Positions 8,273 to 18,500 of a DNA stretch of 64,000 bases are shown one piece after another (within the stretch, counting starts at the first letter, position 1; the number at the start of each line of letters is the position of its first letter). Both the position numbers and the translations under genes were made by a program. The notes beneath the pieces are model-generated. The model did not search any database. It had not been told where the DNA came from and saw only the letters and a list, made by a program, of their open reading frames with translations. The stretch is taken from contig OZ245033.1 of assembly GCA_965224025.1 (NCBI GenBank), positions 1,568,001 through 1,632,000 of the forward strand, read 5' to 3'. This DNA comes from Candidatus Multivorans sp. (GTDB lineage Bacteria > Acidobacteriota > Thermoanaerobaculia > Multivoradales > Multivoraceae).

Positions 8273-8798
8273 ATGTCCTTGCCCTGCCTGGCGTTTTATC
8301 GGGAGCCCTTCCGCATCGGCGCCGCTGCAGGTTGGCGCCCCGGGCCGCTCCAGGCGGGTCGGGGCGTGACGCGAGCCGACCCCGGCCGTGAGACCGAAAG
8401 CGAACTGCGCCGCTGGGCCGACGAGCACCGCGTTCTCTGGACTCACCTGCGCCACACCCGCATCACCGTGCACGTGGCCGTGATCACGCGGACCGTGGCC
8501 GCCCAGCACCGGTACTCCCGCCTCTTCGCAACCTGGCTCAACGCTCCGTCCGCTCAGCCGCTGACCCCGGACGACAGGGGAAACGCTGGCTGCCGCTGAA
8601 CACGCCGTGCGCACGGCCACGACGCGCGGCGATCCGCGGCCGTGCGCTCCCTGGAGCGGCTTGAATCCCTGCCGGCGCCTCGTCATCTCGCTCCGCAAGC
8701 GGGCCGATCTCGAGGAGTCCGGCGCCGCGTCCGGGGCTCGGATCGACGGCTATTCGACGCATCACGCTCGACACCTCGGTCCCCAGGCCCTCGCATGA
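8273..8798 (+). pseudogene. Fragmented hypothetical mobile-element protein
   Basis: ORFs 8273-8599 and 8607-8798 join if one G of AGGGGAAAC (~8576-8584) is removed. Confidence 0.55.
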
Positions 8799-8954
8799 CT
8801 TCTGGGCGCGCCAGGATCCGCACCGGGATGCCACAACCCGACCGACCCGGTTGTGGCATTTCCGCTCCCTCTCATGTGGCATCGTCCTCTCTAGAGGTCA
8901 CTGCGGGAACTGTCCTTGAAACACAAGACGTTTCTCGGGCTCCGTTTTCCGGAA

Positions 8955-9100
8955 TGCGCCCTTCGGGCGCAGCGCCCCGACCGCGCGAGGCGGTCGGGGC
9001 GGGACGTGAGCGACCCCGCCTTTCGGCCGCCTGGCGCGGCCCGAAAGGCTCTCCCATGTGGCGGGCTATGTGGCAGCCCGCGGGAGGGTCGCTCACGTCC
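8955..9100. other. Multi-hairpin structured non-coding element (candidate single-strand origin or ncRNA)
   Basis: Stems 8955-8961/8965-8971, 8973-8984/8990-9001, 9002-9016/9086-9100 (15 bp perfect), 9018-9026/9041-9049, 9061-9067/9075-9081. Confidence 0.6.
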
Positions 9101-9200
9101 GGATTGATCCCTGCGGGAAGGCTCGGACCCGACCCATGACGACAGCGGACGGTTCCGCCCCGCCGGTGCCGCTACGCCGCTATCGTCGCCTGAGACGGTT

Positions 9201-9229
9201 TGTCAATGGCAACCGAAAATGTCCCACTT
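9201..9229 (+). mobile_element. Solo IS21-family-like terminal repeat
   Basis: TGTCAATGGCAACCGAAAATGTCCCACTT resembles IS21-family ends; no istA/istB in the window. Confidence 0.55.
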
Positions 9230-9289
9230 CAGCCGAAAACTGCGTACTCGTGCCGGAGTTAGCGGCTTGGGCAGGCGTCCAGAGTCGCG

Positions 9290-9507
9290 GGTGGGGTCGT
9301 CCTCGGGCGCCCAGGCCAGCACCGCGTAGGTGTACCGGTGCCGGTGGCCGCAGCTGTCGGCGACTTGGGCGACCTGATGCGGATCGCCGCGCAGGACCTC
9401 GATCTGGTCGCGCTTCTCGCCGGCGTGATCGCGGTCGGCGAGAAGGTATCCACCGGCGACACGCGGCACGTGGCCATCGCCTTGCGCCGCTGCTTCTGGT
9501 TCCGCAT
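9290..9507 (-). pseudogene. Fused remnants of mobC (N-terminus) and MOB-P/MbeA-like relaxase (N-terminus)
   Basis: MRNQKQRRKAMATCRVSP (RHH MobC-like), then in another frame YLLADRDHAGEKRDQIEVLRGDPHQVAQVADS..RYT..VLAWAPEDDPT. Confidence 0.7.
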
Positions 9508-9509
9508 CT

Positions 9510-9590
9510 GAGGGGGGTTCGGGGGGGCTTGCCACACCGCTCCGGTAACTGGACGGATGAAGCGTAGCGTAATACGTCCAGTACTCTGGC
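9510..9590. other. Candidate oriT
   Basis: Immediately upstream of the mobC remnant; ACTGGACG/CGTCCAGT inverted repeat (9548-9582) and G-runs. Confidence 0.35.
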
Positions 9591-9716
9591 TGTCTGTGCC
9601 TGTCTGTGCCCCGACATCCGGCGGGCGAGGCAGCCGACTTCCACCGCTGGCCTCCGTGCTCCAGCACCGCCGCGACGCTACCCCACGACGAGATGCGGGA
9701 ACCAAGGCCGATCAAG

Positions 9717-9770
9717 ATGCAAGTCGTGGTTTGTGAGGCCGAAGAGGGCGGCTACTGGGCGGAAGTACCT
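9717..9770 (+). pseudogene. hicB: HicB antitoxin N-terminal fragment
   Basis: MQVVVCEAEEGGYWAEVP, truncated where the integrase fragment ends. Confidence 0.7.
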
Positions 9771-9921
9771 ACTCGACCAGGAACGCGCCCCAGGCCTCCA
9801 TGACCTCCCGCCGGCGCTCCAGCACGTCGCTGCGGGCGTAGCACTGCTCGACCTGGCTGCCGACCGTGTGAGCCAGGGCCTGCTCCGCCAGCTCACGGCC
9901 GATCCCCCCGTCGGACTCCAT
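9769..9921 (-). pseudogene. C-terminal fragment of a second P4-type integrase
   Basis: RELAEQALAHTVGSQVEQCYARSDVLERRREVMEAW parallels the C-terminus of 9928-11085. Confidence 0.8.
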
Positions 9922-9927
9922 CCGTAC

Positions 9928-11085
9928 TCAGGCGTCAGGCGAGTATTGTACGCAGTAGCTGGCCCACGCCTCCATCACTGCGCGTCGTCGTTCCAGGAGG
10001 TCGGATCGAGCGTACGCTGCCTCCGCCTGATTGCGGATCGCGTGAGCGAGACACGCCTCGGCCACCTCTCGCGGCACACCGGTCTCACCGCACCAGTCCC
10101 GGAACGAACTGCGGAACCCGTGAACGGTCGCGTCGATTCTTAGGCGCCGCAACAGCGCGCGCCACACTCCCGTGGCCAGCGGCCGGCGGCGGCTCGGCAC
10201 CGCCCGGAAGATCGGGTCTCCGCCTCCAGCCGCCCGCGCCTGCTCAAGCACTTCCAACGCCCGGCCCGACAGCGGGACGCGATGCGACCGGCCGGTCTTC
10301 GTGCGAACGCCCGGCACCCTCCAGACGGCGGCCTCGCAGTCGATCTCCTCCCAGCGCGCGCCGCGGACCTCTCCCGACCGGGCCGCCGTCAACACGAGGA
10401 ACTCGAACGAGAGCCGCACCCCGGCGGCGGAGGACGATTCCCGCACCGTCGTCAGCGCCGTCGCCACCTCGCCGTGCGGCAGGGCCTTGAAGTGCCGGGA
10501 CTGCCTTCCGTTCCTCGGCAGCGCGGCCGTGATCGGATCGCCGGCCGGGTTGCCGGCCCGGTGGCCCTGGGCGATGGCCCACCGCATCACGGCCCCGATC
10601 CGCTGCCGGACCCGCCGCGCGGTGACGGCCTTCTCGTTCCAGATCGGCTGAAGCACCGCCATGACGTCCGCGCTGGTGATCCGGTCCACCGGCATCTGGC
10701 CCAGGCGCGGTACCGCGTACGTTCCCAGCGTCCGGCGCCAGTCGGCCTCGCTCTCGCCTCCGGGCCGCCACGAAGGGCGGTGCATCGAGATCACCGTCTC
10801 CACGGCCTCCGCGAACGTCGGACACTGTCGATTCAGGACTCGCGGATCGCGGCCGGCCCTCGATGCCTTCCGGCACTCGAACGCCCGCTCACGGGCCTCT
10901 CGCAGCGTCGTGTAGGGATATCCGCCCAGTCCGAGATCGACTCGCCGGCCTGCCACGGTTCCGCGCCAGATCCACTGCTTCGATCCGGTCGGCCGGACCC
11001 GTAGAATGAGTCCGTGTTCGTCTCCGTACTTTCCGGCCCGGTCGACGCACCGGACGAAGGCATCGGTCAGTTTCTTCCTCGGCAC
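9928..11085 (-). CDS. P4-type tyrosine recombinase/integrase
   Basis: Arm-binding N-terminus (GLILRVRPTGSKQW, LGGYP..TLREAR), LTAARSGE, HGFRSSFRDW, LAH, AYARSD. Confidence 0.95.
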   Translation of the reverse strand: MPRKKLTDAFVRCVDRAGKYGDEHGLILRVRPTGSKQWIWRGTVAGRRVDLGLGGYPYTTLREARERAFECRKASRAGRDPRVLNRQCPTFAEAVETVISMHRPSWRPGGESEADWRRTLGTYAVPRLGQMPVDRITSADVMAVLQPIWNEKAVTARRVRQRIGAVMRWAIAQGHRAGNPAGDPITAALPRNGRQSRHFKALPHGEVATALTTVRESSSAAGVRLSFEFLVLTAARSGEVRGARWEEIDCEAAVWRVPGVRTKTGRSHRVPLSGRALEVLEQARAAGGGDPIFRAVPSRRRPLATGVWRALLRRLRIDATVHGFRSSFRDWCGETGVPREVAEACLAHAIRNQAEAAYARSDLLERRRAVMEAWASYCVQYSPDA

Positions 11086-11284
11086 CTCGTTCCTCTCCGT
11101 GTTCCGCGTGCGGCCCTGGTTCCCGGCTTCTCGTCGGTCCCCCAGGGTGTCCCACCTTTTCTGCGAGAGCCAGCGAAGACGCAGGATACCACATGCACGT
11201 TGGGGAGAGAGAAAAATCTATGTCCTGCAACGGTTTCCGGCAGCTACCGGGGGTTTTCGATACCCCCTGAAAGCCCTTGAAACG

Positions 11285-11365
11285 GGGAGGAGCGGTCCGC
11301 GCCACCCGTGAACCAGTCCGTGCGCCCGTCATCGGGCGCACGGGTGGCACGCCGGCGCACCTAGT
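11285..11365 (-). repeat. ~80-nt structured element, copy 1 (candidate ncRNA or REP-like; possible attachment site)
   Basis: 71/81 identical to 37709-37789; nested stems. Confidence 0.7.
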
Positions 11366-11390
11366 TTCTACCGCGCGGTCTCCTGGCTGC

Positions 11391-11897
11391 TCAGCACCAG
11401 AAGCACCAGTGATACGGCGGCCGGAAGTAGGTGATCAGCCGGCCGCAGACGATGACGCCGATCCAGCAGGTCAGTGAGATCGCGGCCGCGGTTCGAGCCC
11501 TCGCCGGTGCGACGGCGCCGGCGGCGGCAACCCTCACCGGTCGGTAAGCGAACCGGTAGAAGAACAGGATGTTCAGCCCGGCGATCGCCATGAGCGACAG
11601 CTTGATCTGGAATGCCGGGTTGTAGAGGTACTGATTCGGCGCGCTGACGACGAACAGGAAACCGGTACACACATTCAGGAGATAGCCCCCGACGCCCCAG
11701 GGCACCAGCCTGTGCAGCGCTTCCATCGGGATTCCCCTGGCCAGCCCCACCAGACGCAGGTCCCAAAGGCCGATCGTTCCAATCAACAGCGAGAGTCCGA
11801 GGAAGTGCAGCGACTCGACGGTCGGCCAGCCCCACGACGTGTGCATGAAGCTGTAGATGCCGCTCTTCTGGCCGATCGAATACAGCAGGTTCTCCAT
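11391..11897 (-). CDS. DUF6644-like membrane protein
   Basis: WPTVESLHFLG..DLRLVG, TGFLF, NPAFQIK, GRLI; four TM helices. Confidence 0.8.
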   Translation of the reverse strand: MENLLYSIGQKSGIYSFMHTSWGWPTVESLHFLGLSLLIGTIGLWDLRLVGLARGIPMEALHRLVPWGVGGYLLNVCTGFLFVVSAPNQYLYNPAFQIKLSLMAIAGLNILFFYRFAYRPVRVAAAGAVAPARARTAAAISLTCWIGVIVCGRLITYFRPPYHWCFWC

Positions 11898-11906
11898 CGC
11901 GGAGGC

Positions 11907-12425
11907 TCAGTACAGCAGGTGGGAGGCCAGCATCACTTTCGCGGTGTAGGCGAGGAGACGGCCTGAAGTGATCACGGCGGCCCAGAGCACCAGAGATAGC
12001 GCCGCCAGAAGACGCACCTTCCCCGGCGCCGAGACGGCGTCACGCCGCGCATCCCCCAACACTCCGCGCATCAAGGACCTCATGATCCAGAGCGCTGCCG
12101 CGATACACGCCAGCTTGAAGTAGAAGACCGGATTGGTCAGGGCCTTCGCGGGGTACGCCATGAGCAGCAGGAACCCCGACGCCGTGACCACCGCGAGGCT
12201 CGCCCAGAGCACCGGCAGGTAGCGACGCATCAGCGACAGGGGGATGCCCGGAGCGACGCCGAGGATCCGCAGATCCGTCGCCGCGTGGACGCCGGCCACG
12301 AACGCCATCCCGATCGAATGAAAGACGAGGCTCGAGAAGAACGCCCCGCCCGACTCGCGCATCCAGGTCGAAAAGCTCGTCTCCTCAAGCCAGATCAGGA
12401 AGTCGATCACCGCCCGGAAACCCAT
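11907..12425 (-). CDS. DUF6644-like membrane protein (paralog)
   Basis: HSIG..DLRILG, SGFLL, NPVFYFK, GRLLAY. Confidence 0.8.
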   Translation of the reverse strand: MGFRAVIDFLIWLEETSFSTWMRESGGAFFSSLVFHSIGMAFVAGVHAATDLRILGVAPGIPLSLMRRYLPVLWASLAVVTASGFLLLMAYPAKALTNPVFYFKLACIAAALWIMRSLMRGVLGDARRDAVSAPGKVRLLAALSLVLWAAVITSGRLLAYTAKVMLASHLLY

Positions 12426-12447
12426 CCACGCCCGGCCCAGCTAGCGG

Positions 12448-14214
12448 CTAGGGGCGCTGCTCCTCGATCCAAAGGTCAATCAACTCTTCCAGGATGTCCA
12501 GGGGAACCGAGCCGTTGGCGAGCACGGCGTCGTGAAACAGCCGCACGTCGAAGTCGTCGCCTAGAGCGTCCTCGGCCCTGCCGCGCAGTTCACGGATCTT
12601 GAGTTCGCCCATCTTGTAGGCGAGCGCCTGACCCGGCCAACTGATGTAGCGGTCGGTCTCGGTCGTGATCTCGTGCAGCGACAGCGCCGTGTTTTCGGCC
12701 AGGTAGTCGAGCATCTGCCGGCGCGACCAGCCCAGGGCGTGAACGCCGGTGTCGACGACGAGCCGGCAGGCGCGCCAGATCTCGTAGGTCAAGCGGCCGA
12801 AGTTGCTGTACGGGTCGTCGTAGAAGCCGGCCTCCAGGCCCAGGTACTCGGAGTACAGACCCCAGCCCTCGCCGAAGGCGGAGAGGTAGTCGTGGCGCCG
12901 GAACTCGGGACCCACGTCGATCTCGACCGCGATCCCTTGCTGCAGGTGATGGCCCGGCACGGCCTCGTGCAGAGACAGCGCCTCCAGCGCATAGAACGGC
13001 CGGCTCGGGAGGTTGTACGTGTTCACCCAGTAGATGCCGGGCTGGGTGCTGCCCACGGCGGCGGACACGTAGCGCCCGGCGGTGTACTTGGGGGCCATGT
13101 GGTCCGGCACCGGCTCGACCGTATAGGGGAGCCGCGGCAGCGTGGCGAACAGCGACGGCAGCTTGCCGTCCATCTTCTTGGCGATCCAGGCGGCCCGCTC
13201 CAGCAGTTCCTGGCCGGTCTTCGGGTAGAACCGCGGGTCGGTTCGGAGGAACTCCAGGAACTCGGCGAAGGAGCCTTCGAAGCCCGTCTCGCGGATCACC
13301 TCCTCCATCTCGGCGCGTATCCGCGCAACTTCGCCGAGGCCGATCTCGTGGACCTCCTCGGGCGTCATGTCGAGGGTGGTGAACCAGCGGACCTGTTCCT
13401 CGTAGTAAGCCCGTCCGCCCGGCAGATCGGACGCGCCGACGGTCTCTCTCGTGCTCGGCAGGTACTCGCCGACGAAGAAGTCATGGAACCCCTGGTAGGC
13501 CGGCACCACCGCCTCGTTGATCGCTCCCTCGGCCTCGGTCAGGATCCGCTCGCGGTCCATCTCCTCGACCGCCTTCGGCAGATCCTCGAACGGCGCCCAG
13601 AAGGCGCTGTCCTGCGGCTCGTCGACGATGTGGGCCGAAATCGTGTCCTCGTAGCCCTCGAGCGTCACGCGGGGCAGGGTGAAGCCGCGGTCGAGCCCGG
13701 CGCGCATGTGGCCCTGCTGCTGCTCGAAGTAGGTCGGCAGCGCGCGCATCCGGGCGATGTAGTCGTCGTAGTGGTCCGGGGTCCGGAACGGCATCGAGCG
13801 GTACATGCGCGCAAACCCCATGTGGAAGCCGGAGTCCGCGTTGAGCGGCATCTGGTACTCGCCGAGTTCGAAGCCCTGCACGCTGCCCCGGAGCTGGCGC
13901 TCGAACATCCGCGCGTTGATCCGGTCCGCCGAACTGAGCCCTTCGAGGTCGATCTCCTTGAACCGCCGCAGGAGATCGCGACGCCGTTCGACCCTGCGTT
14001 CGATCGCCTCCAGGCTGACGTCGGCCAACTGGTCGTTCCGGCTGTGGTCGCCGACGCTCGTGGCGAACTGCGGACTCTCCACGAGCCGGGCCGCCCAGTC
14101 CTCGTCGAACAGAGCGTAGAGCTGTTCGCGTGCGTCCGGCGGCGGCGCACAGGCGACCAGTGCAGCCAATGCCAGTGTCGCCGGCGCCGCTCTATCCAGT
14201 CGCAACCTGCCCAT
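12448..14214 (-). CDS. DUF885-family lipoprotein (putative metallopeptidase)
   Basis: Lipobox LVAC, HEAVPGHHLQ, EGWGLYSE, RLVVDTGVH, PGQALAYKMG. Confidence 0.92.
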   Translation of the reverse strand: MGRLRLDRAAPATLALAALVACAPPPDAREQLYALFDEDWAARLVESPQFATSVGDHSRNDQLADVSLEAIERRVERRRDLLRRFKEIDLEGLSSADRINARMFERQLRGSVQGFELGEYQMPLNADSGFHMGFARMYRSMPFRTPDHYDDYIARMRALPTYFEQQQGHMRAGLDRGFTLPRVTLEGYEDTISAHIVDEPQDSAFWAPFEDLPKAVEEMDRERILTEAEGAINEAVVPAYQGFHDFFVGEYLPSTRETVGASDLPGGRAYYEEQVRWFTTLDMTPEEVHEIGLGEVARIRAEMEEVIRETGFEGSFAEFLEFLRTDPRFYPKTGQELLERAAWIAKKMDGKLPSLFATLPRLPYTVEPVPDHMAPKYTAGRYVSAAVGSTQPGIYWVNTYNLPSRPFYALEALSLHEAVPGHHLQQGIAVEIDVGPEFRRHDYLSAFGEGWGLYSEYLGLEAGFYDDPYSNFGRLTYEIWRACRLVVDTGVHALGWSRRQMLDYLAENTALSLHEITTETDRYISWPGQALAYKMGELKIRELRGRAEDALGDDFDVRLFHDAVLANGSVPLDILEELIDLWIEEQRP

Positions 14215-14338
14215 CGGAAGCGGCAACCCTATCGCGGCCGAGCCGCCCGACCAGATGCCGTCAAGGCGCCGCCTCGATTCGCACCGGCCGGTTCCCTCGG
14301 GGCAGCAGTCACGCCCGCGCTAGGATCCGCTACCGCGC

Positions 14339-15502
14339 GTGAAGAACCTGCTCGCCCTCCTGCTCGCACTTGCCGCGGCCGGCGCCTCCGCCGCGCCAGC
14401 CTCGGAGCTTGAACTCCGGCTTGGGGACCGTGTCTGCCTGGTCGGCAACACGTTCGCGGAGCGGTTCCAGCTCTTCGGCTACTTCGAAAGCGGTCTCCTG
14501 GCCGCCTTCCCGGAGCTGGATCTGTCCGTGCGCAACCTCGCCTGGTCGGCGGACGAGGCGGCGCTGCGCCCGCGGCCGCTCGACTTCGGCGCCGTCGACC
14601 GCCATCTCGAGGCGCAGCGTGCCGATGTCGTCCTCCTGTTCTACGGCGCGAACGAGTCGTTCGAAGGCAACGAGGGTCTGCCGGCGTTCAGGAACGATCT
14701 CGGCCGTCTGCTTCGCCATGTCTCGAAACAGGTCTACAACGGCGCCGAGCCGGCCCGCGTCGCCCTCGTCTCACCGATACCGCAGCAGGCGCTGCCCTCC
14801 GGCCGGGGTCTCGACGCGGCGGCCGTCGAACGCCGCAACGCCGAACTACGGAGCTACGCCGAAGCGGCCGAAGCCGTTGCGGCTACGAACAACGTGCCCT
14901 TCCTCGACATCTTCGATGGGGTCGCGGCCGCGTTTGCCGCCGAGCCGGCGCCGTTGACGATCAACGGCGCGCATCTGAACGAGGCCGGCTACTGGCACGC
15001 CTCCCGGGCGCTGCTCGGAGCGCTCGGCGTTTCGGCGCCGGGAACGGTCGTCGCCTCGGCAGGGGGCAAACCCCACCTCCAGATTCGCCCTCCGGTTCTG
15101 CCGCCGGCGCCCCACACGAATCCCGCACGCCTCCGAATCAGCGTGCGCGACCTGGCCCCCGGAACCTACGTTCTACGGCGCGGCGACGAGATCCTGGCCT
15201 CGGCAAACGACGGAGACTGGGCGCGGGGCCTCGACCTGGAAGCGTCGCCGGTCATGAGCGCCCTGCTGGAGGCCGGCGACGGTCTGCGCCGGGTGGTGCT
15301 CCGCAAGGGCCGGCTGTTCTTCGACCGCTACCGCGCGGTGAACGGCTACTACATCTACGGCGGACGCAAGGAACCCTTCGGCGTTCACTCGTTCCCGCCC
15401 GAGATGGTCCGCTTCGACCAACTGGTCGGTGAACTCGACCGCGAAGCCATGGCGCTCGCCCAGTCGGGCGAACTGTGGCGCCTGGAGCGAGTCGACCGAT
15501 GA
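14339..15502 (+). CDS. Secreted SGNH/GDSL-like hydrolase
   Basis: Signal peptide, LVGNTFAER, RNLAWSAD, GANES, NGAHLN; the usual catalytic Ser position looks altered. Confidence 0.8.
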   Translation: MKNLLALLLALAAAGASAAPASELELRLGDRVCLVGNTFAERFQLFGYFESGLLAAFPELDLSVRNLAWSADEAALRPRPLDFGAVDRHLEAQRADVVLLFYGANESFEGNEGLPAFRNDLGRLLRHVSKQVYNGAEPARVALVSPIPQQALPSGRGLDAAAVERRNAELRSYAEAAEAVAATNNVPFLDIFDGVAAAFAAEPAPLTINGAHLNEAGYWHASRALLGALGVSAPGTVVASAGGKPHLQIRPPVLPPAPHTNPARLRISVRDLAPGTYVLRRGDEILASANDGDWARGLDLEASPVMSALLEAGDGLRRVVLRKGRLFFDRYRAVNGYYIYGGRKEPFGVHSFPPEMVRFDQLVGELDREAMALAQSGELWRLERVDR

Positions 15503-18500
15503 TCCGCCTTCCCTTGGCCGGCGGGCTGGCCGCGGCTTGCCTTGTCGGCCCGGCCGCGGCCCAGGAAGTCGCCGACGAGGAGCCGAACCGCGGCGGCCCG
15601 GCCCGCTACGAGGCGCTCGATCCCGCGTACGCGCTGCAACACCTCCACCCATCCGAGGGCTACGAGGTCTCCCTGTTCGCCTCCGAGCAGAACTTCCCGA
15701 TCGGCAACCCGGTGTCCATGACCTTCGACTCCCGGGGCCGGCTCTGGGTAGCGACCATGCCGTCCTATCCGCAGCGTCTGCCGGACGAGGAACCGGACGA
15801 CAAGATCGTGATCCTCGAGGACCGGGACGGCGACGGCCGCGCCGATCACCACACGGTCTTCGCCCACGGCCTGCACCTGCCCACCGGCTTCGAACTCGGC
15901 GACGGCGGCGCCTACGTCGCGCAGCAGCCCAACCTGATGTTCATCGAGGACACCGACGGCGACGACGTGGCGGACCGCTACGAGGTCATCCTCCACGGCT
16001 TCGGCACCGAGGACAGCCACCATTCGATCTCCGCCTTCACCTGGGGCCCCGGCGGCGGGCTCTACTTCCAGGAGGGCACCTTCCACCACAGCCAGGTCGA
16101 GACTCCGTATGGCCCGGTGCGCCTGGTCGACGCCGGCGTGTTCCGCTACAAGCCGAATCGGTTCCAACTCGAGGTCTTCGTCTCCTACCCCTTCGCCAAC
16201 CCGTGGGGGCACATCTTCGACCGCTGGGGCCAGAACTTCATCGCCGACGCCTCCGGCGGCGCGAACTACTTCGGCGCTCCGATCACCGGCAACGCCCCCT
16301 ACCCGACGAAGCGGCGCCGGATGAAGGTGTTCACACAGGTCGTCCGGCCGACCTCCGGCTGCGAGATCGTCAGCTCGCGCCACTTCCCCGACGAGGCCCA
16401 GGGCAACTTCCTCGTCAACAACACGATCGGCTTTCAGGGCATCAAGCAGCATCGGATGATCGAGGAGGACTCGGGCTTCACCTCGGAGGAGGTCGAGCCC
16501 CTCCTCTACTCGACGGACATCAACTTCCGCCCCGTCGACCTCCAGTTCGCGCCGGACGGCTCGCTCTACCTGGTCGACTGGTTCAACCCCCTGATCGGCC
16601 ACATGCAGTACTCGCTGCGCGACGAGCGGCGCGACCACGACCACGGCCGCGTCTGGCGGGTGCGGCACACCGGCAGGCCCTTGCTCAACCCGCCGGAAAT
16701 CGCGGGCGCCTCGACTCCGGCGCTGATCGGTCTGCTCGAGAGCTACGAGGACCGCACCCGCTACCGCGTCCGGAGGGAACTGCGGGAACGCCCGAGGGAC
16801 CAGGTCCTGACCGCGCTGCGTGACTGGCTCGAAGGCCTTGATGTGCGGCAGAGCCGCCAAAGCCGCCTCCAGGCCGGACAGGAGACGAGCGCCGGCGAGG
16901 ACGAGGACGGTCAGAAGAAGGTCGCCGAGTTCGAGCACCACCGCCTGGAGGGGCTCTGGCTCTACCAGAGCCTGAACGTCGTCGAACCCGATCTCCTGGC
17001 CCGGATGCTCCGTTCGCCCGAGCCGCGGGCGCGGGCCGCCGCGACCCGGGTGGCCCGATTCTGGCGCCGAGAACTCGACGATCCGCTGGCGATCCTGGCC
17101 ACCCAGGTCGAGGACGAGTTTCCGCGCGCCCGGCTCGAAGCACTGCTCGGGCTGAGCTACCTGGAGTCGGAACCGGCGGCCCTGGCGGCACTCCGAGCGC
17201 TTGAACGAACCACCGACTACTACCTCGACTACACGCTCAAGGAAACCGTCGACACGCTGGAGTCCTGGTGGCGGCCCGCGTTCGCTCCAGACCGCGAGCC
17301 CCCTCTGCTCGACGAGCTGCCGGCCGCCGCGGGCGAGTATCTGCTCAGCCGCCTGTCCACGCGGGACCTGGAACAGCTCGGGGCCCATCCGCTGACCGAC
17401 CGCGCGCTGCTGCGCCGCGCCCAGGCGAGCGTCGGACGCCAGCGCCAGGCGATCGCGAACCTGGCCGCAGACCGCGCGATGACCGGCGTCGAAGACGCGC
17501 CGACCGCGATAGCAGTTGCTGCCACGGCCCTGCTGGCGGAAGAACTGGGCCGCCTCGACCGCGTCGACCGCGTCGACCCTCCCGCAGCGGAGACCATCGA
17601 CCGGATCGTTCTCCACCTGCTGGAGCAGACGACCGCTGCACTGGGTACAGCGCAGCCGGCGCTGCGCGAGCTGGCGGCGGACGGCGACAGCCAGAAGGTT
17701 CGAAGCGGCGCCATGGCCGCCCTGATGGCGGCCGCAGGCGACACGTCGCCACGGAGCGTGCTGCCCCGCCCGCCGGGGCCGAACCAACTGATCGACTGGC
17801 TGCGAGCCGTTGACGCCTTGCCGGCCGCGCTGCGTGTCGATGCCTATCCATCGGTGTCCGCGCTCTTCGACGACCGGCGCGGCCCGGACCGGCAGCGGGT
17901 GCTGGAAGCAGCGGCGCACACCCTCGCCGGCATCACCCGCGACGCCGGCCGGAGCTTCGAACGGCTGGCTGGTCTGGCCGTGGATCCCACAATCGGCCTG
18001 GCCGCGCTCGAGGGTCTGGGGCAACTGACGGCCGCGCCGCCGAACGCCTGGCCGGCGGACGGCGGCGAAGAAGCCCTCGCCGCCCCGATCGTCGCCGCGA
18101 TCAAAGGGGCCGACTCGCGCGATCTGACCTCGCCGCGTTTCCGGCGTATCCACGACCTCGGCATCCGGGTCGCCGACCGCCTGATCGAGCGGACCGGCGG
18201 CGAGCGCGGCGACGACCTGCGCGAGGAGCTCGTGAACCTCGGGCCTGCGATCGTGACGCTGCGGCCCGTCCCCCACCAGATGCTCTTCGACCTCGAGGAG
18301 TTCACGGTGCGAGCCGGCGGACCGGTCGAGATCACCTTCGAGAACATCGACGTGATGCCTCACAACGTCGTCGTCACGCGGCCGGGAGCGCTGGAGGAAG
18401 TGGGCCGGGCAGCCGACGCCGAGGCGGAGCGCAACCCAGCCGGCGCCGAGGCCTCGGGCTACGTTCCGAAGACGCCCCTGGTCCTGTTCAAGACCGGTCT

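Larger units (their letters stand above)
1..11280. mobile_element. Integrative genomic island (decayed integrative mobilizable element); left end lies outside the window
   Basis: P4-type integrase at the right edge, mobC/relaxase remnants, IS1595 element, IS21 end, HicB fragment, many pseudogene fragments. Boundary approximate. Confidence 0.7.

Noticed and set aside
8576-8584. Classic -1 slippery heptamer G-GGA-AAC
   Set aside because: The -1 frame terminates soon; the conserved coding frame needs a +1 shift.
11285-11365. SRP RNA (ffs), tRNA or group II intron end as the identity of the repeated element
   Set aside because: Lacks the CAGG-GNRA-AGCAG SRP motif, a T-loop/CCA cloverleaf and intron domains; similarity is only superficial.
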